Assembly: GCF_009914755.1 (NCBI RefSeq)
Contig: NC_060936.1
DNA from: the human T2T-CHM13v2.0 reference genome, Homo sapiens
DNA length: 64,000 nt
Reading direction: 5' to 3' (one strand)
Shown here: piece after piece, positions 41,225 to 54,712 of the stretch
Position numbering within the stretch: position 1 is the first letter of the stretch
How the letters are laid out: every line of letters starts with the position of its first letter
Made by a program: the position numbers and the translations under genes
The notes under the pieces: generated by a model
Database searches by the model: none
Told to the model about the DNA's origin: nothing
The model's input: the letters and a program-made list of their open reading frames with translations, nothing else

Positions 41225-42432
41225 CCAGGCATCTGTTGCTGCATAGCAAATGACTTCAAGCTTAGTGGCATAAAACCACAACCATTTTATTATTCTCACG
41301 GATTCTGTGGATTAGGAATTTGGATAGGGCATGGAGGAGATGGATTTTTAATGCTCCATGAGGTCTTGGACCTCAACCAGGAAGACTGGGTGCACAGGAG
41401 CTGGAACAGCTGAAGTTGGAGAATCCACTTCCAGGATGGTTCTTCCTGCCTACAGCTGCCAGCCTGGCAGGCGTGGCTGGGAGGCTGGCTCAGCTGGGTC
41501 TCTTGGCTGGAGCACCACACGTGGCCTCTCTGGCATGGCAGCCTCGGGAAATTTGACTTCTTACATAGTGGCTCAGGAGAAAAAGAAGCCAACAGGGGGA
41601 CAGCAGTGATGCGGGACAGGCGAGACTCACTCCTTTTGGCAGGGTTTCCCCAGATAAAGCAAGCAGAGAGTGTGGAGGGGAGTGGAGGATGAGAAGCTGG
41701 GAAGAAAGCATCTTAGCCATCCGTGGTGTGTGTGTGTGCGCACACACGCATGTGCATGTGTGTGTGTGCAGGCACACACACAAAATCTGTGAGGGCAAAC
41801 AGGTTTGCTGGGAGTAGCCAGACTTGAGTAAAGACAGATGGTATAAGTGAGCTGGATGAGGTTGCTCAGCTCTGGGATTTCTCCAGTCTCACTGGGGGCT
41901 GGGTACTGTATGTGAAGACTGTCCCATGGGTGGGGGATGCGTACAGAGGCCACCACGGGGCAGTAGCAGCCAGAAGAGAATGAATGGTGTAAAGGGTTGA
42001 ATAGGGGCCCCCTCAAGAGAGATATGTCCAAGTTCTAAACCCCTGTACCTGTGAATGTGACCTTTTTTGGAAATAGGATCTTTTTCCAAATAAAGATCTT
42101 GAGATGAGATCATCCTAGATTTATTGTAAGCCTTAAATCCAGAGACAGGTATCCTTCTAGGAGGACGGAGAGGGAGCTTCAAGACACAGAGACACAGAGG
42201 AGAAGGCCATATGAAGATGGAGGCAGAGACTGGAGGCGCCATTGCCAAGCAACACTGCGGATCACCTGCAGCTGCCAGAGGCTTGGAAAGTGCTTGCCAC
42301 AGGCCCTCCCTCAGAGCCTCCAGCAGGAACCCACCCTGCTGACACCTTGGCTTCAGGCTTCCAGCCTCCACAGCTGTGGTGAAATGAATCACTGTTGTTT
42401 TGAGCCACCCAGTTTGTGGCAATTTGTATGGC
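41225..42432. mobile_element. Two MLT1 LTR remnants (~41225-41600 minus; ~41988-42432 plus, MLT1C-like)
   Basis: MLT1 hallmarks tacctgtgaatgtgacc...ggaaatagg and cccagtttgtggcaatttg...ctaaca. Confidence 0.7.
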
Positions 42433-43907
42433 AGTCCTAGGAAAGCTAACAGGCAGTCCAGGTAAGAATGGGTGGTGAGGCAGAAGGGATCTGGAGGCAG
42501 GGGGTGGCAAGGGGGCCCAGCGTGTACCCCAACCTAGACCATTCATCCCTTCCATCACACCAGCCCCTGCCCCTCAACATTTTGCACACTTTGAGCCCTG
42601 ATCCAGGGATCTTCCCTTTCCCCGGCGACACGGCTCAGCACTGCTTCCCCGGTGGGGCTGCATCTTCTCAGGACCCACGGCTGCACGGTCTCGAGCCACA
42701 GTGCCTGGTTTCTCTCTTGCACCACCGTTGGTATCTTCTCCCTGTCCTATCTCTCACAATCTGTGGAAGTGCTTTGTATGCAGTGAGCGCTTAATAAAAG
42801 TCACTTTTCTCTCCTCAGAGTCCTCTAACTCTTGCCCCAGCCACTTTCCCTACTCCAGCTGAATTTGTGTCCTAACCTTGTCAGAGACAAGGATAACGTC
42901 CCCCATGGCTCCAGTGTGATGGCGTTCCCTCCCCTCCCACACAGCGCCCTGGCCCCACATTCCCCACAGGAGCTTGTGGGGTGATCATTAACCCATGCGC
43001 CTCCTGACCCCACTTCCAGTCGTTAATTTGTGCGTAAACTTGGACAAATCGCTGCACCCTCTGCTCCTTAGTTTCCTCTCAGGTAAAATAAGAGGGTTGG
43101 AGTAGACACATTCACCTATGCATTCCTCCATTCGCTAGTAAGTTGTTTACTGAGACCGTGCGTCATAACTCTGCCTTCAAGGAGCTTTGGTTCTGTAGGG
43201 TTGTTGTTTTGTTTTGTTTTTTTTAAGACGGAGTCTTGCTCTGTCGCCCAGGCTGGAGTGAAGTGGTGTAAGCTTGGCTCACTGCAACCTCCGCCTCCTG
43301 GGTTCAAGCGATTCTCGTCTCAGTCTCTTGAGTAGCTGGGATTACAGGTGTGCGCCACTACGCCCAGCTAATTTTTGTGTTTTTAGTAGAGACAGGGTTT
43401 CACCATGTTGGCCAGGCTGGTCTCGAACTCCTGACCTCAGGTGATCTACCCACCTCGGCCTCCTAAAGTGCTGGGATTACAGGCGTGAGCCACTGAGCCC
43501 AGCCAAGGTTCTGTGGTTTTAAAGCTGCCGCTCTGGACAATCTGTCCAGATGCAACCCAGGCATTCCTTCCTTCTGTGTACCTTTTAGGAAGCAGATTTT
43601 GGCTCAAAATAAGAAAGACCCTTCTACCAGAACGGCCCACAAACGGACAGGCTTCCACAGAAAGGGGTGAGCCCCTGTTCCGGAGGAGACTCTGGGATTG
43701 CTTCTAACTCCGGGATCCTGAGAGCCTCCGTAAAGGGTTTATTGAGCAGGAGAACCAATTTAACCCTGTCCACATGAAAATAAACATGGAGATTTACTTC
43801 AAACTCAGCAGCTCTGGTGAGAAGGCTCTCACACAGGTCCGGGTTTGACCCACACAGACTCCACGACCATCTGAGGCAACCAGCACACGGCAGACGAGGG
43901 AAACAAC

Positions 43908-46900
43908 TCAGGTGTCACAATTGCTTTTATTTTTATCTCCAGTCAGTCACAGACCCCAGGAAGGTGAGGTCAGGGAAGGGAACAGGTGCGGACACTGGGG
44001 AACTTGCAGGAGCTAAGGCCAGTGGACAGCAGGAGTGTCGGGGGTGTGGCAGCTGGCCTGGGTCCCTGGAGCTGTGTCTGCCCTCAGGGACTCAGGAGAA
44101 CGGCTCAGGGAGGGCTTGGGAGGGGGTACACTGTGTCCGAGAGATGCAACCATCGTTCGGCAAAAGAAAACAGCGGTGGCTGATGAGAAGACAGGTCTGG
44201 GGAGGTCTGAGGAGAGCTCGGGCCAGATCCTGCCCCCAACCTCCAGCCACATGGGCCCTCGGTGACTCTCCCAAACCAGGCCCTGCGTTTCCTCAAGCAG
44301 CCACTGGAGGGCAGCAAAGTGCTTATGCAAAAATCCCACCCCGCCCAGGAGAGCAGCCAGGACACCTGGGACTTGGCTTCAGGTGGGCCAGGGAAGGAGG
44401 CAAGGAGCCTTTTGGAAAATGGGTGTCTGTCCCATCCTGACTCCCTCGGAAGGAAGAGTAGGGAATGGAAGAACTAAGATTCCGGGGCTTCCCCAGGTGA
44501 TACCGAAGGAGCCATAGGTGTGCCCGGGAATGAGTCCCAGACTCGTGTGTGCCTCCCGGGCCCCCATCTGCAGCTTCCAGAAGAGGACTTCAGTGGGAGA
44601 CCCCTCAACTCACATTCCGGACAGTCAGATTCCTGGCTGCCTCCAGCTTTACAAAATCCAGCCCACCCCTTCCTGGGCCCAGCCCCACCCAGGCCAAAAA
44701 TGTGAAGGGCCTGCAGACTCCCTTCCTCCTTTACAGCTTGTGACACCTGCTCAGCTGCGGTTTCCTTAATCTTGCATTCCTGTTCCCCTGCCCTTCCTAC
44801 TTCTGACGCCTCTCCTGGTGTTTCAGGATTCCTCACTGCCTGGATTGGAGATGGAACGCATAGACTTTGGCCCTGACCCTGCTGCCTACACTGTGGTACC
44901 TGCCACCCCCCCTCAGGACCCAGAGTAGGAGGCTGCGGCATCTTCTGCCCGGCTTCCCCAGCTCTGCAAAGAAGCCATTTCTCAAATGGCTGTGATGCGT
45001 GTGTGACACTGTTTATTGCCGAGGACCTGTCCCTCCTCCCCCAAGCTTTTGGCACTCAGCCCTGAATAAGCTTCTAAATCCCCAGTTTCTGCAGTAACTT
45101 ATCCCAGGGAGAGGAGAACTTGGACAAGTAGATTCTAGGAAGCATGACCAAGGCTATCTGACAGTGGCAGGAGAGTGGGGTGCTGGGGCTAACCCTCTGG
45201 AACTGAGGCCAGAGATGAGGAGAGGAAACTGAGGGGCCCGGAGGAGAGGAGGTGGAGGAGGGTGGGAACCGGGTGAGAAAGTCAGTGGAGAGAAATGTTC
45301 TGGTGCCTCTCCCGCCCTATCCTGGCTATGAACTTCCATGTGGCAGATGGAAAAACTGAATTCCAGACAGCAAGAAACCCTCACCTAATAGCAGGAGCCC
45401 GCTGGCAGTGAGGCTAGGAACCAGAAACCAGAAATCTTGCCTCCCAGCTCTTGTCTGGAAGATAGAAACCTCAGAGTGCAAAATCTGGCGAGGGGTTTCA
45501 GGAAAGACGGGAGGCCGGGTGGCACTGAGGACAAGAAATCCCCAGGACATCAGGGCCTGACCACCCACCTCTCTGCGCTCTCATGTGGTCTCATTCCGGC
45601 CCCCACCCAGGCCCAGGGGCAAGCGTGATACCCTGTTTGCTTGAGGCAGCTGTGGGTCTGAACCCCAGGCCCGCCACTCGCTAGCCGTATGACCTGGGAC
45701 TCATTACCGAGCCTTTCTGAGCACCTCGGCTTTTCCCTCTGCTACGGACATGAGCAGAGCGCTGTCTCTGGAGGATCACTGCGATGGATTAATTTAGACC
45801 AGCACACAGTGGGCATCTCACCCGTGCCCCCAATGCCTTTGCTGCACACACACCACCCGCCAGTTCTTGGCTCCTTTTCTCTTCAAATATCCAAGATGGA
45901 ACAAAACTTCAAATGCTTCTGCAATGTTTCTTGAAAGCTGGGAGTAGGAAGGGTGGGGAGGGATGGGGCTGGGAAGGAACAGCACACCTCGTCTCCCTTC
46001 CCAAGGCAGACGGAGCTCCCAGCACAGGGGAGAGAGAAGAGGAGGAGGGCGAAGCCAAGGGAGGGTCCTGCTAGCCACTCAGAGCCTTCCTGTATCCACA
46101 CAGTAACTTTCCACTGGCCTGGAGTTGGCCACTGCACATGCTGGCTGCACGCTCCCCCAGTGTGGCCTCCTGGTTCCCTCCCCACAGGCGCCCCTCTGGG
46201 GGTTGGAGGGCTGACGCACACCCTGCCTGAGATCCCAGCCGCCTGGAAGCTGATAAGGAGCCCTGGCCTCATTACATGGGACCAGCTGGAGGGACTGGCC
46301 CTGGCTGTTAGCATCAGCTGGATGGCTTCCAAATTGGAGAGATGCAGAGATAAGTGGGGGAGCACTTAGGGACTCTGGGCTGAGTGAGTGGCCAGTGAAG
46401 CTAGAAGAGATGTGGACTGTGCCAACTATGAAGACCTCAGGAGGCCTGGCTGGGGACGAGCCAGCAAACAGCAGCTGACAGGAAGGGTTTAGGAAATAAG
46501 AGGTGCAGAAGGGACTCCCACACAGCCTCGGGTTAGGGCTGAGGCAGAGCAGGGACTCCTTCCAGATGGGGCTGGCCTGGCAGCTACAGCGATTGCCTCC
46601 TCCCCCAGAACATCCAGCCGGAGGGCCCAATCACACCTCACTCAGCCTTAGGCCTGTGGCAGCTGCCTGGCGGGTGGAGAAGTGAGTGAGAGGATGTGGG
46701 TCTCGGTCCTGCAACCCCAAATGCCTCCCAGGTGGACGCGGGTCTGGGTGGATTGGCTCCCCAGCTCCCACTTCCCTGGGAGCCCCAGGGCAGGCCCTTA
46801 CCAAGGAGCGGGGCCCCCTGCCCTCACCTCCTGCCCCAAAAGAGCTCTGTCATGACCCGGGAGGGCCATTCACAGCAAGCAGCAGACAGCACAGGCTTCA

Positions 46901-47515
46901 GACCCTCTCCTATTGCCCTTGGCCTCCAGGTCCAAATCCCTAGAACAAGCCGCTGGTCCCAGAGCCAAGAGAAGATGGGCAGACTGGGACAGCCATCCTG
47001 CCCACCCACTCCACCTGCCCAGCTGTGTCCCCTACCCCCTTTCTTACAAAGTGTCAATGCCTGACCTGGATGAGAAAGACAGGAGGACACAGACTGGATG
47101 CAGGACAGTGTGCCCTAAGGCCACATGATTGTGCAGCCCTAGGAGGAATTGCAGTGGGGCTCAGGGCTCTGCCGGGCTTCCTGGGTCTCTCTCCTGCATC
47201 TGAAATCCTGCTAGGCTTCTCCTCCTTGTCCCTTGGACCCTCAAACCCAGAGGAGCCTTCAGCCTTGACCGTCCCAGTTTGGAAGATGTAACGGGCGAAT
47301 GGGGCGGCACAGGGATTGACGTGGCCTCAGTTCCTCAGGGTCCCCATGGCGTATGTACAAGCGGCAGAGGGCTGGGCTGGGCTGGGGTAGACAGTGACCT
47401 GGCCACAGGCTGGGTTGGCAGCTAGTTTTATATCTGGTCTCGCAGGAGCGCAGGGGAGGGACAGGGAACCAGGAGGGGCGCATTCTCTGGAGGACGGTGG
47501 GGCAGGGAGGGCTCC
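43908..47515 (-). other. FAIM2: FAIM2 3'UTR (~3.6 kb)
   Basis: Largely repeat-free sequence between the stop codon and the AATAAA. Confidence 0.75.
43926..43931 (-). terminator. FAIM2 main AATAAA poly(A) signal (cleavage ~43908)
   Basis: Plus-strand tttatt. Downstream on the minus strand lies GU/U-rich TGAGTTGTTTCC...GTCTGTGTG. Consistent with the recalled transcript end. Confidence 0.7.
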
Positions 47516-47665
47516 TCATTCTCGGTTAGTGCCAAAAAGCTGCAGGAAGAAGGTGAAGATATAGATGATGTCTAGGTAAATGTTGAGGGCTCCAAAAATA
47601 TACTCCTCAGGGCTCAGCGAGTGGCGTCGGTTACCCATCAGCAACTGGGTGTCAAGTGCCAGGAA
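47516..47665 (-). CDS. FAIM2: FAIM2 (Lifeguard/TMBIM2) last coding exon: FLALDTQLLMGNRRHSLSPEEYIFGALNIYLDIIYIFTFFLQLFGTNRE*
   Basis: Translated by hand: polypyrimidine tract + ccag|TTC acceptor at 47665, 150 nt, TGA at 47518-47516. BI-1/TMBIM motifs DTQ and SPEEY..ALNIYLD. Upstream exons appear to lie beyond the window. Confidence 0.97.
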   Translation of the reverse strand, partial: FLALDTQLLMGNRRHSLSPEEYIFGALNIYLDIIYIFTFFLQLFGTNRE

Positions 47666-48659
47666 CTGGGAGAAGTGAGGAGAGAGAGAGAGAGGTCAGA
47701 GGCCCAGGCAGTGTGACACTGACTATGGCAGCCCAGGTGTCCCCCTCAGCCCCACCCCCAATTTTATTACCCTCACCAGCTGCCTGACTACCCAGTGGCC
47801 CTCCTGTGACACCTTCTGTCCCTAATTCTATTCAGCAGCTATTTACTGAGCACCTGCTATGTGCTAGGCACAGGGATACAGCAGAGAACAAGACAGCCGG
47901 GATCCCTGTCCTCACAGAGCTTAGAGTCTAGAGGAAGTAATTGTTAGGATGATGAGTATAACAAGGTTCCAGGCAGCAGTGGGGCTGATAACAAGGAGCC
48001 TCACCTATGTGAGTGTGGCAGGAAGTTAGGGAAGGCTTCCTGGGAGAGGGGACCTTCAAGCTGAGGCCTAGTCTTCTTGCCATTCCCTCCGGACCCTGCT
48101 CTCAGAGGAAGGCAAACGCTTCAGGTACAAGCAGGGCCCGGGCACTTGTGCTGTACTGACAGCCCATCAGTGCTACCGACATCCCCATCAAATAAGAATC
48201 CGATTCTTCCTACAGGAAGCGAGGCCCAGAGACCTTAAATATTAGCTAAAGGTTACACAGCTGGAAAGTGGCAAAGCCAAGATTTCAACCTGAGCAGGCC
48301 GGCTTCGGAGCCCCAGGTGTAAACATTCTGCCCTGCTGCTAACAGCACCCGGGGTTAATGCCTTTCCTCCCAGGAAACAGGCTCTTCCCTGGGGCCCTGC
48401 TTGGCCTAATGGACTAGGAACAGATTCCCTCTGAGACAGCGCTGTGTCACCCCCCTGCCCCTGCCAGGCCTGCCCACTGTATACAGTGGCTCCTACCCTT
48501 TGCCATGTAGCTTTCCTCTGGGCTCCAAGCCTAAAGAGCAGAACCCTTAAGTAGCATATGAAATTTGGCAGGCGTGGTGCGCTTTTCTGGAGAAAGAGGC
48601 CAAAAAGTCCACCAGTATCTCAAAGGTGATGAAGCACTGATCCACGTGGGATTGGAATT

Positions 48660-48695
<36 letters not shown>

Positions 48696-48697
48696 GA

Positions 48698-48856
<159 letters not shown>

Positions 48857-51800
48857 TAGCAGAGACGGGTTTTCTCCATGTTGGTCAGGCTGGTCCTGAA
48901 CTCCCAACCTCAGGTGATCTGCCCGCCTCGGCCTCTCAAAGTGCTGGGGTTACAGGCATGAGCCACCAGGCCCAGCCCGGGATTAGAATTCTTTTACATT
49001 GATTCACATTCTTGTTAACTGGGCTCTTCAGTCACTTGTGTATGAAAGGCATGTTCCCTGGGTCCTCTGAAACTCATTCATCATACAATAAATATGTATG
49101 GGGCAACAGCTGCATGACAGGGACTTGCTAAGAGCAAAAGAGACGAGAAACACAAAGCCGTGCCTGCCTTGGGGAAGCTCGCAGCGTCATGGGGGACACT
49201 TATAGGTCATTACAAGAAAACCCAGGAAATGCACAATTAGGACTATGAAGGAAGGAGCTACTAATTGGGCCAGAGGAAGGTGACCCAGGAGAGGTGGCAT
49301 TTCACCTGAGGCTTAAGTAGGAGTTTGCTAGCTGGGAAGGCCTAGGGAAGCCTGGGAGGCCTGACTGGTGTTGTGTGAAGAGTGGGGAACTCGGTGAGGC
49401 AGGAACTATGGGAGAAGTGGATAGAGGAGGAAGGGATTGGGGCTTGCCCTTGCAGCTTGCACTCTGCTTGGTAGACAGGGGTCATGCCCAGTTCCCTTTC
49501 CTTCACCTCCGCCATGGACTCCTTGTCTCCCAAGACCCAGACTTTAGAGTTGCTATAGACGCAGCCCTGTAGAATCCTAGTCGAATCCCAGCCCTGGTGC
49601 AATGCTCCCCCCGGCAGGCCCAAGAGGCCAGGGCTCCAACAGGGAGCAATTCCAGCACATGGGACATTGAGGCAGGGCCACCGTCAAAGGTGAGGAGGTG
49701 GGGGCAATTATGAGCACAGGCTTGAAAGTCAGATCCACTTGGACTGCAGGCTCTGCTCTACCACTCATTAGCTGTAGGACCTGGGCAGAGCATTTAATCT
49801 CTCTAGGCCTGTGAGTCCCTATGTGTAAAAGGGAGATGAGCGTGCCTGCCTCCTGAGGTTGTTGTGAGAATGAGATAATGCATGCAAGGGGCCTGGCGTG
49901 GTGCCTGACACATAGTAAGCACTTAATGAATGCTTGCTATTATATTAATGTGGTTTCATTGTTATTATCTGCAGAAGGAGAGGTGCCCTCTTGAGGACAT
50001 GCACGTGCTACTGATGAGACTCAGGTGTCTCTTGCATCTCATCAGGGAGGCAGCACTGTTCCTTGGGGAGCTGAGTGGCCTTAACACAGCGAAAATGGGG
50101 AGCCATGGCCAGGGCTGAGAGGAGCCCTGCACGGGGTGCGTCAGTCTCCTGAGCTCAGTGGCACTGAGGGAAGGGCACTCCAGACAGGAACAGGAGTTGA
50201 AATGCCTGGGTTTGAGACCCGGCTCCATTGCTCAGTAGCCAAGTCATCCACTTGACCTCAGTGTCCTCATCTACAAAGTGGGATAGTAGCAATGCCCACA
50301 CCACGGTGTGGTTTTGAGGGTAGATTTATGACAGTGTATGTGGCATCCACTATTTGTATTTTTGAGTATGATTTCTCTCCATTCCGCTCTGCTCCTTCTG
50401 TGTTTGATTTGGATTCCCAAGCACATTTTCCTTCTGCAGAGAGAATGAGCAAGCAGAAGGCCCAGTGCAAATGCTTTGGGCCACTTGGCAGTCACAGCTG
50501 CCAGCATCAGTTCATAAACTGCTGATCTGGCTGTTCAATCAGTAGCTTGCTTGGTTGGTTTCCCAGAGCCTGGTCACCCCTGGGTGAGCTAATGAAATGG
50601 AGTCTCTTAACTTGGAAGGCTTGGATCTGTCCAGCTCTGGGGGTGGCCCTTCTGAGAAGCACCCACGCAGGAGACCCCCTAGAGCAGCCAGCTGGCTTTT
50701 CTCTTGGAGAGAAGAGGAATGAAATGATTTCTGCCCCAGCCCTTGGTCCATAGCCACAGATGCTTATCTATGTGGTGTTCTCTGGGATGGCCTGCTTCAA
50801 ATTTCAACCCCACTGACCAGTATGACCCATCACTGCCACCTGATGCCTGTGAGTCAAACAAAGTCTTTTCATCGATTTATTCCCAACAATATTTGCTGAG
50901 CACCTACTATATTCCAGAGAACTTGCCCTCATAGAACTGACAGTCTAATGAGGGCAAAAGACATGATCAGAGATTCTGCATGGCAGTGCATTGATTTACA
51001 GGGGAAAGTCATCTGCTGCTATCTCCTTGGAGATGGAAAGCATTGTTAACTAATGTCTTGGTTGAGAGCAGGTATCTTGGTTATAGTTAACATCTTAGTG
51101 GGTAGCTAGGATCTTGGCTGAGAGCTAGCAACCGAATTGACTGCAAACCCCTAAAAGGAGGGCAGGTACTTGAGTTAGTGTTCAGCTGAACAGGAGACTC
51201 TGCAGGAGGAGCACATGGGATGGGGCAGGAGGCCCCCTGGGACAAGGACGCTATTAACTTACATCTGAAGAGTCCTTCCCCAGACCAACACTTGATCTCA
51301 TCTCCCTCTCCCCATTTGCCCTGGGAGGTGGGCGTCCTCATGGTCTTACATGAGGAAAGGAGTCTGAGAGCTGAGTGACTTGCTGATGGCTGCTTATCGA
51401 GTGCCGTCTCCTATGCTGGTGGAGATAGGGGAGGAGTGGGCTTGCAGGGAGGGAGGGAGCATGTGCAGAGGGCACAGGTGCCAAAGGCAAACTTCCCCGC
51501 CTCACTTTACTGGCCAGTGCTAAACCTGGCCGGGGACCCCAGCCACACATTTGGCCTGACCCTGCCATATCTGGGGCCCAGGCTTATGTCCGTTGTCCTC
51601 CCTGAATGTGGCCCCAGAGGTGACGCTGAGGGGCTCTGGGCAGTGCATGCCATGGAAAGGCCAGCTCAGAGCCACCCGCAGGCAGGCACTGAATACAAAA
51701 AGCTGGGGTTGCAATGTGTTGTATCAGCATAAACAGTGCCACGTGGACTGTGTCTGTCCTGCATAAATGCCAGTGTGAGGGCGTGTGGAGGCAACCCCCA

Positions 51801-52698
51801 GGCTGTTGTTTACAGCATTGGTTCTAACAGTGAGATGCTGAAACAACCCAAACTCTACCAACACGGGGGTGGTTAAATAAACTCTGGGCAGCAGTGCTGA
51901 GGTGGAAACATCTGTGACAGACGCTACTGTGAGAAAAAAGCAAGTTGTGAAAAATCTATATCGTATGATCCCATAAAACTATACACGTCAGAGGAGCGCA
52001 CATAGCAAATATCTATGAAATGCATAAAGAAAGGTCTGGAAGGAGAGATAATTCATGGTTCCTGCTGGGGAAAGCAGTGAGGGACACGATCAAAGTGACA
52101 TTTGCTTTTTTCTATATTTAAGATTTTCCAAAAGTGAAATATGTGAATAAATGTATTCACATATTATATAATTAGAAGTTTAAAATAGAAGGGTTAAAAT
52201 AGCACAAAAGAAGAGTTCGTGAACTCTTTCACTGAATTCTCACCATAAGCCTCTGCGGCAGGTGTCGCACTATCAGCTCCACCATTTGCTAAGGACACTG
52301 AGGCAGAGACAGTGTAAGTGACTTGCCCGCATCACCCAGCCCAGGGACAGCTAGAGGGTGAGCTTGGGCTTTGGGGAGTCTCTGGAGAAGAGACTACCAG
52401 CCATATGTCCAGGTGCGCCGACTGGGCTGCAGGAGAGGGTGAGGGGGTGAGGGAGTGAAGAGAGACCACTGAGTGGAGATCTGGGGCCCATTTCTTGCCT
52501 GATACCAATAGAAGATACTTCTCTCCACTGACCTGGATGTCAAAAATTTAGATGGCACAGACAACATTTGCACCCCCAGGAGGGCCACCAAAGGAACAGG
52601 GTCTGGCAGGCATTCGAATCAAAAAGCCTGGCCCAGGATGAAAGGGGGGTAGTGTATGAAAGTGTATTAATGACACACGATTATCTATCAACTTTTTA

Positions 52699-53152
<454 letters not shown>

Positions 53153-53387
53153 TCAAATCTTGGCTCAGACCTCAGATAACTTACCAACAGGTAAGAGTTA
53201 CTGATCATTGACCACACACCAGGCACTGAGTGCTTTACATATATGAATGCATCCAAAAGCACAGCCACCTATGAGGAAGGTACTGTTCTTGTCCCCATTT
53301 TACAGATAGGGAAACTGAAGCACAAAGACGTTACATAACTCGGTGAGTCCACACAGCTAGAATGTGGCAGAGAAGGGGCTTTGATAC

Positions 53388-53481
53388 TTATAGTGAATGA
53401 TAACCTTGTCATTTAGATGACCAGATTTTGAAGCCAGGCTAAATCTGGTGATTTAAATGACAAGGTTATCATTTACCATAA
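53388..53481. repeat. Near-perfect inverted repeat (41-bp arms, 12-nt spacer)
   Basis: Arms 53388-53428 and 53441-53481 pair at 37 of 41 positions (Watson-Crick). Confidence 0.95.
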
Positions 53482-53493
53482 GAGTAAAAGCTG

Positions 53494-53878
<385 letters not shown>

Positions 53879-54712
53879 TTACAACAGCCTGTGAGACAGG
53901 CAGGTTAGCCCCATTTTAAAGATGAGGCCAGTGAGGCACAGAGCAGTCAGGTCATTTTGCACAAGGTCACAGAATGGTAAGAGGAGCAGCAAGGCCTTGA
54001 ATGTGACTTGGTGGGGGGCACTGGCCAGCTGCAGAGCCCCCTCCCCACTCCACAACCCTACTGGCCGTGCCAGTGCCTCTTCCTGGCTCTGCTCTGAAGA
54101 ACCAGGTCCTGGATATGGAAGCAGAAGTTCCTTTCTGCCCCCAGGCAGGTGTGGAGCTGCCTCTGCCTCCCCTCCCTCAGTCCCCCACCCCAGGGCTTCT
54201 CCACCTCCTCCTGTCAGGTTTGAGCAGGGTGTGGGTTGGGGGATGAACTCCTCAGGAATGAGACAGGCAGGCCGCAGGAGGGGGCCTGCACACTCTCCCC
54301 TGAAGGAGCAATCACTGATCAGTCCACCCACCCCAGCCCAGAGGAACCCACGCCACTTCCAGGTTGTCTGGGTGGGGCGTCGGGGAGGCCTCAGGGGAGG
54401 CATTGGGACTGTTTCAGTGGCAGAGGGTGGGCGACCTAATAGAGAAGGTTCTCACTGGCTCCTTCAGCCTCATGTAACGCATTGCGAGAAATGGGCCTCA
54501 AGCTCTGAATGGAATGAACATAAGTCTAAAAGTCATGCCTCAGCCTTGGATTTGTGTGGCCATTTTTACTTTTCGAAGTGTTTTTCTAATTGTGAGGAAG
54601 GTAGGGCATATATCGCCATCCCCACTAGAAAAGCAGGGTGAGGGGTTGGGGTAGACGGCAGTATTTTTCTTAAATCCCTTGGACGCTGTGGGTCTGGCCC
54701 AGGCTGGTCATG

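Noticed and set aside
43817-47519. Many 60-207 aa ORFs
   Set aside because: They lie in the GC-rich FAIM2 3'UTR on both strands with no homology signal I can recognise.
53922-54641. 239-aa plus-strand ORF in the FAIM2 intron
   Set aside because: Starts in MIR-like sequence, is low-complexity and has no recognisable domain or splice support.
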